A DNA stretch of 64,000 nucleotides from an uncultured bacterium (GCA_965613025.1 CBFDUE010000001.1:6323-70322), one strand, 5' to 3'; shown: positions 8,980-19,202, numbered from the stretch's first letter. The notes: generated by a model not told the origin, from the letters alone. Numbers and translations: made by a program.

Positions 8980-9008
8980 TTGACATGGGGAACTAATTCC
9001 CGTAAAAA
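8980..9008 (+). promoter_or_regulatory. Candidate dcw (Pmra-like) promoter
   Basis: TTGACA (8980-8985), 17-nt spacer, TAAAAA (9003-9008), preceded by an A/T-rich UP-like tract. It lies 30 nt upstream of mraZ. Confidence 0.45.
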
Positions 9009-9017
9009 GGGAAAAAA

Positions 9018-9044
9018 GTGGGGGATGGTGGAGTTTAAGTGGGA
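9018..9044 (+). promoter_or_regulatory. Three GTGGG-like direct repeats (candidate MraZ boxes)
   Basis: GTGGGG (9018), GTGGAG (9028) and GTGGGA (9039), spaced 10 and 11 nt apart, lie between the candidate -10 and the mraZ GTG start. The third repeat contains the start codon. Confidence 0.4.
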
Positions 9045-9494
9045 GAAAGTTACTTTTACGGTAGATTCAGACACTCAATAGATGAGAAGGGTAGGTTGGT
9101 TATTCCATCCAGGTTCCAAGGTGTGCTTAAGAGGAAAGGTGAAGATATTGTGGTAATAACCAATGGTGATATAGGGCTATGGGTATATCCAGAAAATGAA
9201 TGGGATAAGATCGCAGATGAGATTCAGAATATGTCCATATATGAGGAAAAGGTCAAAAGGTATGTGGACTATTTTATATCCGGTGGACATCCATGTCAGA
9301 TCAAGCAGGGCAGGATCACCATTCCCCCAAACTTAAGAGATGTGGCAAAATTAAATAAAGATGTCATGGTGGTTGGCTCCGTTAGATTCTTCAAGATCAT
9401 AGATACTGAGATATGGGAAAAGTATTTTGCTGAGATAAAAGAGGAATTCCCCAGCATAATAAATGAATTATTTTCAAGAAAAAGTGGCCCATAG
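9039..9494 (+). CDS. mraZ: Transcriptional regulator MraZ
   Basis: 151 aa with the duplicated SpoVT/AbrB-like motif 'IDEKGRLVIPSRF' and a second 'KQGRITIPPNLR'. It has a GTG start and is the first gene of the dcw cluster. Confidence 0.93.
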   Translation: MGESYFYGRFRHSIDEKGRLVIPSRFQGVLKRKGEDIVVITNGDIGLWVYPENEWDKIADEIQNMSIYEEKVKRYVDYFISGGHPCQIKQGRITIPPNLRDVAKLNKDVMVVGSVRFFKIIDTEIWEKYFAEIKEEFPSIINELFSRKSGP

Positions 9495-9497
9495 CTT

Positions 9498-10430
9498 ATG
9501 GTCTTTCATACACCTGTAATGGTGGAGGAGGTATTGAGATACCTGATCACTGAAAGAGACGGAATCTATGTGGATGCAACTACAGGCACAGGAGGTCATA
9601 GCCTCCATATCCTTAAGGCCACATCTTCAAAGGCAAAATTGATCTGTATAGAAAGGGATAAAGAATCCCTTCGTATTGCAAAAGAAAGGCTTAAGGAATT
9701 TGAAAAAAGAGTCTCTTTCCATAATAGCTCATTCACCCAGATTACTCAGATTCTTCAATCAGAGCAACAAAGACATATAGATGGAATACTCTTTGACTTA
9801 GGGCTTTCCTCTTTTCAACTGGAAGGATCTGGTAGGGGATTTAGCTTTATGCGAGATGAACCCTTAGATATGAGGATGGATCTTAGGCAAGATCTAAGTG
9901 CCTATGAGATAGTAAACAGATATTCTAAAGAGGAGCTTAGCAGGATATTTAAGGAATTTGGGCAGGAGAGATATCATAGAAAGATTGCAGACATAATCCT
10001 CAGAGAGAGAAAGAAAGAGCCTATTAAGAGCTCCAAGAGGCTTTCTGAGCTGATACTAAAGGCTGTGCCTGTAAGATATGCACGAAGAAGAATTCATCCT
10101 GCCACAAAGGTCTTTCAGGCCATAAGGATTGCTGTAAACAAGGAACTTGAAAACTTAAATAAGGTATTGTCCATAATACCGGGGATCTTAAAGAAGGGAG
10201 GTAGAGCAGTATTTATATCCTATCACTCCTTAGAGGATAGGCTTATAAAAGGGGCGATCAAGAGATGGGAAAAGCCGTGTATCTGTCCGCCCAGGCTTGA
10301 AAGGTGTGTATGTAATAGGAGCCCTCTTTTTAAAAGACTAAATAAAAAGGCCATTAGGCCTAAGGCCCAGGAAATTGAGGAAAATCCAAGGGCAAGAAGT
10401 GCAAAATTAAGGGCTGTAGAGAGGATATAG
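9498..10430 (+). CDS. rsmH: 16S rRNA (cytosine1402-N4)-methyltransferase RsmH
   Basis: 'HTPVMVEEVL', 'VDATTGTGGHS', 'DLGLSSFQL' and 'SYHSLEDRLIK'. Conserved position after mraZ. Confidence 0.97.
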   Translation: MVFHTPVMVEEVLRYLITERDGIYVDATTGTGGHSLHILKATSSKAKLICIERDKESLRIAKERLKEFEKRVSFHNSSFTQITQILQSEQQRHIDGILFDLGLSSFQLEGSGRGFSFMRDEPLDMRMDLRQDLSAYEIVNRYSKEELSRIFKEFGQERYHRKIADIILRERKKEPIKSSKRLSELILKAVPVRYARRRIHPATKVFQAIRIAVNKELENLNKVLSIIPGILKKGGRAVFISYHSLEDRLIKGAIKRWEKPCICPPRLERCVCNRSPLFKRLNKKAIRPKAQEIEENPRARSAKLRAVERI

Positions 10431-10433
10431 ATT

Positions 10434-10772
10434 ATGAAAAGAACATATTCAGGTGTGAGGATAAGATTGAAAGGTAATAGAAAGCTGGAAAATGAACATA
10501 AGGCACTTTCATGGAAACAGATATGGGCTGTAATGATGATACTAATCTTTATAATGCTATCTGGAATAGGCTATGTATGGTCAAGCTTTGAAGGGACTCA
10601 ATTGGGCTATGATCTGAGTGAGTTAAAAAGAAAAGAGATGAAGCTTCTTGAAGAGAATCGGAAGCTCCGGCTTGAGCTTGCCAGACTAAGATCACCCACA
10701 TACTTAGAGAAGGCAATCAGGGGTTTAGGCCTAAAAGAGCCTGTGGCAGAGCAGGTGATAACATTGCCATGA
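10434..10772 (+). CDS. ftsL: Cell division protein FtsL
   Basis: 112-aa bitopic protein with one TM (AVMMILIFIMLSGIGYVW) followed by the coiled coil 'LKRKEMKLLEENRKLRLELARLRSP'. It sits between rsmH and ftsI and has an ATGA overlap with ftsI. Confidence 0.78.
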   Translation: MKRTYSGVRIRLKGNRKLENEHKALSWKQIWAVMMILIFIMLSGIGYVWSSFEGTQLGYDLSELKRKEMKLLEENRKLRLELARLRSPTYLEKAIRGLGLKEPVAEQVITLP

Positions 10773-12733
10773 CCAAAAGGCAAAAAAGATGGATAAGACT
10801 GAGAATATATATTGTGGCTGTTGTTTTCCAAGCACTACTCTTTGTCTTACTCGGGAGAGCATACCAGCTTCAGATATTAAGAAGAGAAAAATTAAAGGCC
10901 CTCTCTGATATCTATCATAAAGATATATTAAAGATTCCGCCTGAAAGGGGAACCATATATGATAGACAGGGATATGAGTTGGCAATCAATATAAAGACCT
11001 GCTCTATCTATGCACATCCACATCTAATAAAGAAAAAAGGTAAGGTATCAAAAGAGCTATCTCAAATTCTAAACATTCCCTACAGAGAGATATACAGAAA
11101 ACTAAGAAGAAAGACCACATATGTCTGGATAAAGAGGAAGGTGGCAATAGATAAGGCACGAAGGATTAAGGCACTCAAAGACAGGGCAATAGGTCTTATA
11201 TATGAGACAAAGAGATTCTATCCCTCTGGAACTGTTGCAGGTCAGGTAATAGGCTTTTCTGGCATAGATAATCAGGGGCTTGAAGGGATTGAAAAGTCGC
11301 TTGACAGCCTGCTGAAAGGGCCTTCTCAAAGGATAATCATAATGAAAGATGCAAAAGGAAGACCGTTTCACATAAGTGAACCATTGAGCAATAAATTAGG
11401 GCCCTATAATGTCTATCTGACCATAGATAAGGATATTCAATACAAGGCAGAGAGGGTATTAGCAGATACTGTAAGAAAGACCAAGGCAAAGGGTGGAGAA
11501 TGTATCATAATGGATCCATTTAGTGGTCAGATCCTTGCAATGGCAATTGTTCCCCCCTTTAATCCAAATAACTTTAGCAGATATTCACCAAGTATCTGGA
11601 GAAATAGGGCAATAACGGATTGCTTTGAACCAGGTTCAACCATAAAGCCCTTTCTGCTGGCAGCTGCTTTGGATAGCAAGGCCATCACCCTCAATGAAGA
11701 GTTTTACTGTGAAAAGGGCCTCTTAAGAGTGACAGGGCATCTGATCCATGACATAAAGCCCTATGAATATCTGACAGCTAAGGATATAATTGTGCACTCC
11801 AGCAATATCGGAGCCATTAAGATTGGAAGACAGCTTGGATATAATAACTTTTATGAGTATCTTAAAAGATTTGGCTTTGGAAGTAAGACGCACATTGAAC
11901 TCATCGGGGAGAGAAGCGGATATATTAGAGCTCCAGATAGCGCAAGGGAGCTCGACAGGGTAAGCGCCTTTTTTGGTCAAGGCCTTTCTGTAACCTCTCT
12001 TCAGCTTGCTGTTGCATTTAGTGCCATTGCAAATGGAGGAACCCTTTTAAGACCCCATATTGTATACAAGATTACAGACAGATCCGGTAATCTTGTAAAG
12101 AAGACCGAGACAGATAAGATCAAAAGGGTCTTATCAGATAATGTGGCAGAGCTTGTAAAAGGGATCTTGGGGGAGGTTGTAAGTGAAAAGGGAACTGCAA
12201 GACACGCTTCCATCTTTGGCTATAAGGTTGCAGGAAAGACAGGCACTGCACAAAAGATTGATCCCAAAACTGGCACCTATTATAAAGAAAGATACATATC
12301 CCTGTTTGTGGGATTTGCCCCTATAGAGCATCCCCATATTGTTATGCTTGTTAAGATTGATGAACCACAGGGGATTCACTATGGAGGACTGGTGGCAGCC
12401 CCCGTATTTAGCAATCTGGGAAGATGGACTCTGCTCTATATGGGAGTTTCTCCATCCTATATAGAGCATCCCATCTATCCGCTTCTCATTGCTGAAAGGG
12501 AAAGAAATAACAGAACTGAAAAAGAGAGGGAATCCATAAACGGAATGCTTCTTCCTGACTTCAGGGGTAAGACAATTAGGGAGGTCTTGAGAGAGGCGGA
12601 AGGGCTGGGGATAAAGGTGTGGCCAGAGGGATCTGGATATGCCGTCTATCAGATACCTGAACCTGGCATCCCATTAAAAGAGGTCTCAAAAGTAAAGGTA
12701 GTCTTTAGACCGTCCATCTATGGTGACCTATGA
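10769..12733 (+). CDS. ftsI: Peptidoglycan D,D-transpeptidase FtsI (class B PBP) with C-terminal PASTA domain
   Basis: SxxK 'STIKP', SxN 'HSSN', KTG 'KTGTA' and an N-terminal TM anchor. The last ~60 aa ('LPDFRGKTIREVLREAEGLGIKVWPEGSGYAVYQIPEPGIPLKEVSKVKVVF') match the PASTA pattern. Confidence 0.93.
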   Translation: MTKRQKRWIRLRIYIVAVVFQALLFVLLGRAYQLQILRREKLKALSDIYHKDILKIPPERGTIYDRQGYELAINIKTCSIYAHPHLIKKKGKVSKELSQILNIPYREIYRKLRRKTTYVWIKRKVAIDKARRIKALKDRAIGLIYETKRFYPSGTVAGQVIGFSGIDNQGLEGIEKSLDSLLKGPSQRIIIMKDAKGRPFHISEPLSNKLGPYNVYLTIDKDIQYKAERVLADTVRKTKAKGGECIIMDPFSGQILAMAIVPPFNPNNFSRYSPSIWRNRAITDCFEPGSTIKPFLLAAALDSKAITLNEEFYCEKGLLRVTGHLIHDIKPYEYLTAKDIIVHSSNIGAIKIGRQLGYNNFYEYLKRFGFGSKTHIELIGERSGYIRAPDSARELDRVSAFFGQGLSVTSLQLAVAFSAIANGGTLLRPHIVYKITDRSGNLVKKTETDKIKRVLSDNVAELVKGILGEVVSEKGTARHASIFGYKVAGKTGTAQKIDPKTGTYYKERYISLFVGFAPIEHPHIVMLVKIDEPQGIHYGGLVAAPVFSNLGRWTLLYMGVSPSYIEHPIYPLLIAERERNNRTEKERESINGMLLPDFRGKTIREVLREAEGLGIKVWPEGSGYAVYQIPEPGIPLKEVSKVKVVFRPSIYGDL

Positions 12734-14247
12734 GTATGTGGCTTTATGAACTTATAGAGGAATTGGAAGAGTTTGATATAATAGGTGATCTTAAGCAGAA
12801 GATCTTGGGAATCTCTTATGATTCACGAAAAGTAAGGCCTAAGGATCTCTTTGTTGCCATTAAAGGCACATATCTTGACGGACACGACTATATAGCGGAT
12901 GCCATTCAGAGAGGTGCAGTTGCAATATTGACAGAGAGATATATGGAAAATCTCAAAAAAGATATATGTCAGATAGTAGTGAGAGATTCAAGGGATGCCT
13001 TAGGGAAGGTGTCATCCTGCTTTTATGGAATGCCCCAAAAGGATATGACATTCATAGGTATTACTGGAACAAATGGGAAAACCACCACAGCCTATCTAAT
13101 TGAAAGCATCCTTAAAAGGGCTGGGAAGAGGGTAGGAGTAGTTGGAACCATAGAATATAGGTATGGAAATAGACATCTTAAGGCCCCTGTAACCACACCA
13201 GAATCATTGGATCTGATTAAGATGCTATCTGAAATGAAAAGAGACGGGGTCACTCATATTGTTATGGAGGTATCATCCCATGCCCTGAGTCAAAAGAGGG
13301 TGGATACAATCCCATTTAGTGTGGGGATATTTACCAATCTGAGCCATGACCATCTGGACTATCACCAGAGTATGGAAAGATACTTTCAGGCAAAGAGGCG
13401 ACTATTTGATATACTGCTTCCAAAAAGCGGTGGTGTGGCAATAGTAAATGTGGACGATCCAAAAGGAAGACGTTTGAGTAGATCCCTTTATACCAAAAGG
13501 CTCTGTTATGGAATTAACACAAAGGAAGACATCTGGGCAAATGATCTCATATCTGATATAGAGGGAATAAGAGGAAAGATATCTTATAATGGCAAAGACA
13601 CTACCTTTAGATCACCCCTTTTAGGAAGGTTTAATGTCTATAATATCCTTGCTGCATGGGCAGCGTCACTTTCCCTTGGTATAGACCAAACTGAGATATC
13701 AGGTGGGATTGAGGCTTTAAGTGAAGTTCCAGGCAGGATGCAGAAGATAGTAGCTCCAGATGGAACAACCGTCATTATAGACTATGCACATAGCCCAGAT
13801 GCCTTAAAGAATGTCATCTTATCCATAAGGGAATTTTCTAAAGGAAGACTTATTACAGTCTTTGGATGTGGGGGGGAAAGAGATAGAAAAAAGAGACCTG
13901 AAATGGGACTTATTGCAGCATCCATGAGCGATATCTTGATTATAACATCCGATAATCCACGCAGTGAAGATCCTTTAAGGATAATTGAAGAGATTAAGGT
14001 GGGGGTAGAAAGAAGTGGTATGGATAAGTTTGAAGATGATAAGTCGGGTGGATACCTGATCATCCCGGAGCGAAAATATGCGATTAAAAGGGCTATAGCC
14101 CTTTCAAAAAGCAGGGACATTATATTAATTGCGGGAAAAGGACATGAAGAATATCAGATCATAAAAGGGGAAAAGATCCCTTTTAGTGACATAGAGGAGG
14201 CAAAAGTTGCCCTTAGGGAAAGAGCCATACAGGATAGAACATATTAG
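12730..14247 (+). CDS. murE: UDP-N-acetylmuramoyl-L-alanyl-D-glutamate--2,6-diaminopimelate ligase MurE
   Basis: 'GITGTNGKTTT', 'DYAHSPDAL' and 'DNPRSEDP'. dcw position. Confidence 0.95.
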   Translation: MSMWLYELIEELEEFDIIGDLKQKILGISYDSRKVRPKDLFVAIKGTYLDGHDYIADAIQRGAVAILTERYMENLKKDICQIVVRDSRDALGKVSSCFYGMPQKDMTFIGITGTNGKTTTAYLIESILKRAGKRVGVVGTIEYRYGNRHLKAPVTTPESLDLIKMLSEMKRDGVTHIVMEVSSHALSQKRVDTIPFSVGIFTNLSHDHLDYHQSMERYFQAKRRLFDILLPKSGGVAIVNVDDPKGRRLSRSLYTKRLCYGINTKEDIWANDLISDIEGIRGKISYNGKDTTFRSPLLGRFNVYNILAAWAASLSLGIDQTEISGGIEALSEVPGRMQKIVAPDGTTVIIDYAHSPDALKNVILSIREFSKGRLITVFGCGGERDRKKRPEMGLIAASMSDILIITSDNPRSEDPLRIIEEIKVGVERSGMDKFEDDKSGGYLIIPERKYAIKRAIALSKSRDIILIAGKGHEEYQIIKGEKIPFSDIEEAKVALRERAIQDRTY

Positions 14248-15640
14248 TATCTCTGAGATACTCAATGCCATATCTGGGCATATGTTATGGGGAGATCATA
14301 CGCAAGATATCAGGGGTATTTCCATTGATAGCAGAACCATAAAAGAGGGAGAGATCTTTTTTGCAATAGAGGGCGAGCGGTATGACGGCCACGATTTCAT
14401 AACCGATGCAATCAACAGAGGGGCAAGAGGCATTGTAGTTGAAAGGGCTAAGAGGGGTTATATAGAGAAGATACATAATGGGGATATTTCAGTAATTTTG
14501 GTTGATAATACCATATATGCCTTAGGTGAACTTGCAAGATGGTGGAGAGGACAAAATAGTGCTACTGTAATCGCTATCACTGGGAGTGTGGGAAAGACAA
14601 CCACAAAGGAGATGTTATATTCAATAGTTTCAAGACAAAGGCCCACACTTAAAAATAGAGGAAATCAGAACAACCTCATCGGTGTTCCCCTGACCCTTTT
14701 TAGGATGGACTCTTCCCACCAGGTGGTAATACTTGAGATGGGAACCAATAGCCCTGGAGAGATAGGAAGACTGAGAGAGATAGCAGACCCTGACATAGCA
14801 CTTATCACCATGATAGGTAGTGCCCACCTTGAAGGTCTCAAAGATGTGGAAGGGGTCTTGAAAGAGAAGCTTTCCCTATTTGCTGAAACACGCAAAGAGA
14901 CAATCAAGATAATAAACGGGGACTGTGATATCCTAAAAAGCGCATGTAAAAGGCTTGGAATCTCAGCCCTTACCTATGGCCTTGGAGAAGAAAACAGCTT
15001 TCAGGCAAGGGAAATTGAAGAAAAGGGTATGAATGGAATTTCATTTAAGGTGTGCTTTAGAGATATCTGCCTTCCCATCACCCTAAATATTTCAGGACTT
15101 CATAATGTATATAATGCCCTTGCTGCTATATCCGTATCCATATTATTGGGGATACCATCAGATGAGATCTCAAAGGCGCTTTTCCATTTTAAGGGCATTG
15201 ATGGAAGGTTCAGGATCATAAGATGTGACCATAATATAACCCTTATTGATGACACCTACAATTCCAATCCCACCTCTCTTAAGGCCGCAATACAGAACCT
15301 GCTTGGATGGAAAATAGATGGAAAGGGCCTTATAGTGGTTATCGGTGATATGCTTGAGCTGGGTGCGGAATCCCCAAGATTTCACTTAGAGGCCGGGAAA
15401 GAGATAGCTCCACTAAGACCACGTCTTTTTATTACCATTGGAGGATATGCAAAAGAGCTTGTAAGGGGTGCATGTGAAGAGGGGCTTCCAGTAGAAAATA
15501 CAGTGGTATTAAACAGGGTGGAAGATATCGTATCCGTGATATCTGAAAAGATAAGGGAAGGGGATATAATATTTTTAAAGGCATCCAGAAAGATAGGGCT
15601 TGATAGGGTGATTGATGCACTTTTAGAAGGAGTATCTTAG
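14207..15640 (+). CDS. murF: UDP-MurNAc-tripeptide--D-alanyl-D-alanine ligase MurF
   Basis: 'ITGSVGKTTTKEM' and 'IDDTYNSNP'. The TTG start at 14207 is preceded by the RBS GAGGAGG (14194-14200). It overlaps the murE 3' end by 41 nt. Confidence 0.93.
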   Translation: MPLGKEPYRIEHISISEILNAISGHMLWGDHTQDIRGISIDSRTIKEGEIFFAIEGERYDGHDFITDAINRGARGIVVERAKRGYIEKIHNGDISVILVDNTIYALGELARWWRGQNSATVIAITGSVGKTTTKEMLYSIVSRQRPTLKNRGNQNNLIGVPLTLFRMDSSHQVVILEMGTNSPGEIGRLREIADPDIALITMIGSAHLEGLKDVEGVLKEKLSLFAETRKETIKIINGDCDILKSACKRLGISALTYGLGEENSFQAREIEEKGMNGISFKVCFRDICLPITLNISGLHNVYNALAAISVSILLGIPSDEISKALFHFKGIDGRFRIIRCDHNITLIDDTYNSNPTSLKAAIQNLLGWKIDGKGLIVVIGDMLELGAESPRFHLEAGKEIAPLRPRLFITIGGYAKELVRGACEEGLPVENTVVLNRVEDIVSVISEKIREGDIIFLKASRKIGLDRVIDALLEGVS

Positions 15641-15641
15641 T

Positions 15642-16718
15642 ATGCTTTTTAAACTCATCTATATGTTTCATACCCATATATCCTGGCTCAATGTCTTTAG
15701 ATATATAACATTTAGATCCATATTGGCCGCCCTATTTTCCCTTTTAATTGTTCTATTTTTGGGCTCTTGGACCATACGAAAATTGAAAAGTCTTCAGATA
15801 GGTCAATATATCAGGGAAGATGGCCCTCCAAACCACAAAGACAAGGAAGGCACACCCACTATGGGAGGATGTCTTGTAATTCCTGCAATAGCAATATCCA
15901 TATTGCTATGGGCAGATCCCAAAAATCTATATGTATGGCTTACCTTAGGGGTACTGATGGGTTTTGCCATAATCGGATTTATTGACGACTATCTAAAAAA
16001 TATCAGAAAGAGTAGCAAAGGGCTCAATATAAAAGGCAAACTCATACTTCAACTTGTTGTTGCCACAATATTTTCACTGATCCTCTATTCCCTTAACTTT
16101 GACACCCATCTAAATCTTCCCCTTTTTAAAAACATCAGACCAGATCTTGGAATCCTCTATATCCCATTTATGGTGTTTATAATCGTTGGAACCTCAAATG
16201 CCGTAAATATAACAGATGGGCTTGATGGCTTAGCCACCGGTCCTCTTATCATTGCCTTTACCACCTATCTGGTCTTCATATATGCGGCAGGTCATGTAAA
16301 GATAGCAAACTATCTTCAGATCCCCTATGTGCCAGGCTCTGGTGAGTTGTCTGTCATATGTGGAGCGGCAATTGGAGCTGGACTTGGCTTTCTATGGTAT
16401 AATGCATATCCAGCGGAGATATTTATGGGTGATGTGGGATCTCTTTCCCTTGGTGCCATGCTTGGATTTATCTCTATCCTGGCAAAACAGGAGATAGTTC
16501 TCATATTAGTAGGAGGGCTCTTTCTCTTTGAAACCCTTTCTGTAATCTTTCAGATAGCCTATTTCAAGATCACTAAGGGGCAGAGGATATTTCGTATGGC
16601 TCCCATTCATCATCACTTTGAACTAAAGGGTTGGCCAGAGAGCAAGGTGACCATAAGATTTTGGATAATAGCTATTATCCTTGCACTCTTATCTGTAAGC
16701 ACCCTTAAATTAAGATAG
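15642..16718 (+). CDS. mraY: Phospho-N-acetylmuramoyl-pentapeptide transferase MraY
   Basis: Polytopic membrane protein with 'KEGTPTMGG', 'NAVNITDGLDGLA' and 'HHHFEL'. Confidence 0.97.
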   Translation: MLFKLIYMFHTHISWLNVFRYITFRSILAALFSLLIVLFLGSWTIRKLKSLQIGQYIREDGPPNHKDKEGTPTMGGCLVIPAIAISILLWADPKNLYVWLTLGVLMGFAIIGFIDDYLKNIRKSSKGLNIKGKLILQLVVATIFSLILYSLNFDTHLNLPLFKNIRPDLGILYIPFMVFIIVGTSNAVNITDGLDGLATGPLIIAFTTYLVFIYAAGHVKIANYLQIPYVPGSGELSVICGAAIGAGLGFLWYNAYPAEIFMGDVGSLSLGAMLGFISILAKQEIVLILVGGLFLFETLSVIFQIAYFKITKGQRIFRMAPIHHHFELKGWPESKVTIRFWIIAIILALLSVSTLKLR

Positions 16719-16722
16719 GGTT

Positions 16723-18093
16723 ATGATGGGGGAGTTGAAAGATAAACAGATACTGATTGTGGGATGTGGAATAACAGGTATGAGTTGCGCACGTTTTTTA
16801 AAAAGAAAAGGTGCCAAGGTGACCATAAGCGAGAAGATGCAATTGGATGAGATTGATCCCTCTATTTTAAAGGAACTCTTGGATATGGGAGTTGAGATAG
16901 AGGCAGGGGAACATAAGATCTCCACCTTTCTAAAGCAGGATCTCATACTCTTATCTCCAGGTGTGCCCTTAGATATTCCAGCTATACGTGCCTCAAAGGA
17001 AAAAGGGATACCCGTTATGGGTGAGTTGGAATTTGCCTCTTTGATGCTCTCAGCTCCTATAATTGCAATAACAGGCACAAATGGAAAGACCACCACTTCC
17101 ACCCTGATAGCCGATATATTAAAAGAGGCAGGTTATAGGGTATTTCTGGGAGGAAATATCGGAACACCACTTATTGAATCTTTATACATTAACCCTTTAG
17201 ACTATGTGGTGTGTGAGGTAAGCAGCTTTCAGCTGGATACCATTTCACACTTTTCTCCGTATATCTCCATATTGCTAAACATCACACCAGATCACTTAGA
17301 GAGGTATCCTGACTTTATCTCCTATATCAAAAGTAAGATGAAGATATTTAAAAATCTAAAAGAGGACGGGGCAGCGATAATAAATAGCGATGATAAAAAT
17401 ATTAGATGCCATATGCCATCCATAAATACTCAGATACTGCGATATGGGATAGAGCAAAGAGATGGGCTTAATTGTTATACAGAAGATAATATATTAAGGG
17501 TCTTTATAGATCAGAGACACAGAATGGAGCTTTCCTTTGAGGACTTTAAACTTAGGGGAGAGCATAATCTATCAAATCTGATGGCAGCGGTATTGTGTGC
17601 GGCCTATGTAGGGGTAAAAAGGAACGTTATTGAGAAGGTTATTTCCCGATTTTCAGGGCTTCCACACAGGCTTCAGTATGTAAAGACCGTAAATGGCATA
17701 GCCTTCTATAACGATTCTAAGGCCACCAATTTGGACTCTTTTCTCTGTGCGGTAAAGAGTTTTAATGAAAAGCTAATTGTGATTATGGGTGGAATATTTA
17801 AAGGGGGAGATTTAGATAGCTTGGTAGAAGAAGTGAGAGACAGGATACGTGCTGCAATACTGATAGGAAGTTCAAAGGAACTCTTTATTGAGGCCCTCAA
17901 AGGGAAGATCCCTTTTATTGTGGCAGATGATATGAGAGATGCTGTATCTAAGGCATATTCAGCATCACAACCTGGTGATGTGGTGCTCCTTTCCCCTGCA
18001 TGTTCCAGTTTTGATATGTTTGAAGACTACAGGGACAGAGGAAATAGCTTTATAAAGGCGGTAGAGGAGCTATGGGAAAAGAGGTCAGAATAA
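16723..18093 (+). CDS. murD: UDP-N-acetylmuramoylalanine--D-glutamate ligase MurD
   Basis: 'VGCGITGMS' Rossmann start, 'ITGTNGKTTT' and 'YNDSKATN'. Confidence 0.95.
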   Translation: MMGELKDKQILIVGCGITGMSCARFLKRKGAKVTISEKMQLDEIDPSILKELLDMGVEIEAGEHKISTFLKQDLILLSPGVPLDIPAIRASKEKGIPVMGELEFASLMLSAPIIAITGTNGKTTTSTLIADILKEAGYRVFLGGNIGTPLIESLYINPLDYVVCEVSSFQLDTISHFSPYISILLNITPDHLERYPDFISYIKSKMKIFKNLKEDGAAIINSDDKNIRCHMPSINTQILRYGIEQRDGLNCYTEDNILRVFIDQRHRMELSFEDFKLRGEHNLSNLMAAVLCAAYVGVKRNVIEKVISRFSGLPHRLQYVKTVNGIAFYNDSKATNLDSFLCAVKSFNEKLIVIMGGIFKGGDLDSLVEEVRDRIRAAILIGSSKELFIEALKGKIPFIVADDMRDAVSKAYSASQPGDVVLLSPACSSFDMFEDYRDRGNSFIKAVEELWEKRSE

Positions 18094-19202
18094 AGAGATC
18101 GGGTTACAATCCATTCATCCTGCTTCCCACCCTAATTCTTCTTTTAATCGGCCTTGTTGCCATATATAGTGCCAGCTCCTTTTTGGCACAAAGAGAGGCA
18201 GGGATGAGCACCTTTTACTTTAAAAGGCAGATGATATTTTCTCTTACTGGGATCTTGCTTATGATAGGTGCCAAAAATTTCCCCATTGATATATTTAATA
18301 GATACTCATGGATCATATACCTTCTTCTCGTATTTAGCCTAATACCTCTTGTCTTTCTCCTTATCCCTGGTTTTGAAAGGGCAGCAGGGGGGGCAAAGCG
18401 ATGGATCCATCTGGGAGGATTTTCATTTCAACCCTCTGAGTTTTTAAAGCTCACCTTGAGTTTCTATATAGCATATTCCATGTCAAAAAAGATAGATATA
18501 ATGAAGTCATTTTCAAAAGGCTTTCTCCCTCACATAGTAGTGATATCCATCTTTCTTATCCTTATTCATGAACAGCCCGATCTGGGCACATGTATAATAA
18601 TATCGTCCTGGACTATCATCATGCTATTTATAGGGGGGGCAAGAATAATACATATCATTATGCTAACCTTGGCATCACTTCCTGCCCTGATATTTCTCAT
18701 ATTGAAAGAGGGATACCGATTGATGCGATGGAAGGCGATGCTGAATCCCTGGGAAGACCCGTACGGATATGGATATCAGATTATACACTCACTAATTGCC
18801 TTTGGATCAGGAGGGCTTACTGGGGTAGGACTTGGAAATAGTATACAGAAGATGTTCTACCTTCCCACCCCTCATACCGACTTTATCATGTCAATTATTG
18901 CAGAAGAGGTGGGTTTTATAGGCTGCTTTTCAGTTATCTTTCTCTTTTCCATACTTATCTATGAAGGAATAATGATTTCGCTAAATGCCAGGGATCTATT
19001 TAGAAGCTATCTTGCCTTAGGCCTTGTGCTATTTTTGGCATTGGAGGTTATAACCAATCTGGGAGTGGTTATGGGGATGCTTCCTCCAAAGGGTCTCACC
19101 CTGCCTCTTATAAGCTATGGAGGTTCATCCCTGTTTAAGACCCTGATTGCAATAGGGCTTTTGCTTAACATATCGTCTGAGCGAAAAGGGTTAAAGAGAT
19201 GA
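18072..19202 (+). CDS. ftsW: SEDS peptidoglycan glycosyltransferase FtsW
   Basis: Polytopic protein with 'FQPSEFLKL', 'PTPHTDFIMSIIAEEVGFIG' and 'LPLISYGGSS'. dcw position. Confidence 0.93.
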   Translation: MGKEVRIKRSGYNPFILLPTLILLLIGLVAIYSASSFLAQREAGMSTFYFKRQMIFSLTGILLMIGAKNFPIDIFNRYSWIIYLLLVFSLIPLVFLLIPGFERAAGGAKRWIHLGGFSFQPSEFLKLTLSFYIAYSMSKKIDIMKSFSKGFLPHIVVISIFLILIHEQPDLGTCIIISSWTIIMLFIGGARIIHIIMLTLASLPALIFLILKEGYRLMRWKAMLNPWEDPYGYGYQIIHSLIAFGSGGLTGVGLGNSIQKMFYLPTPHTDFIMSIIAEEVGFIGCFSVIFLFSILIYEGIMISLNARDLFRSYLALGLVLFLALEVITNLGVVMGMLPPKGLTLPLISYGGSSLFKTLIAIGLLLNISSERKGLKR

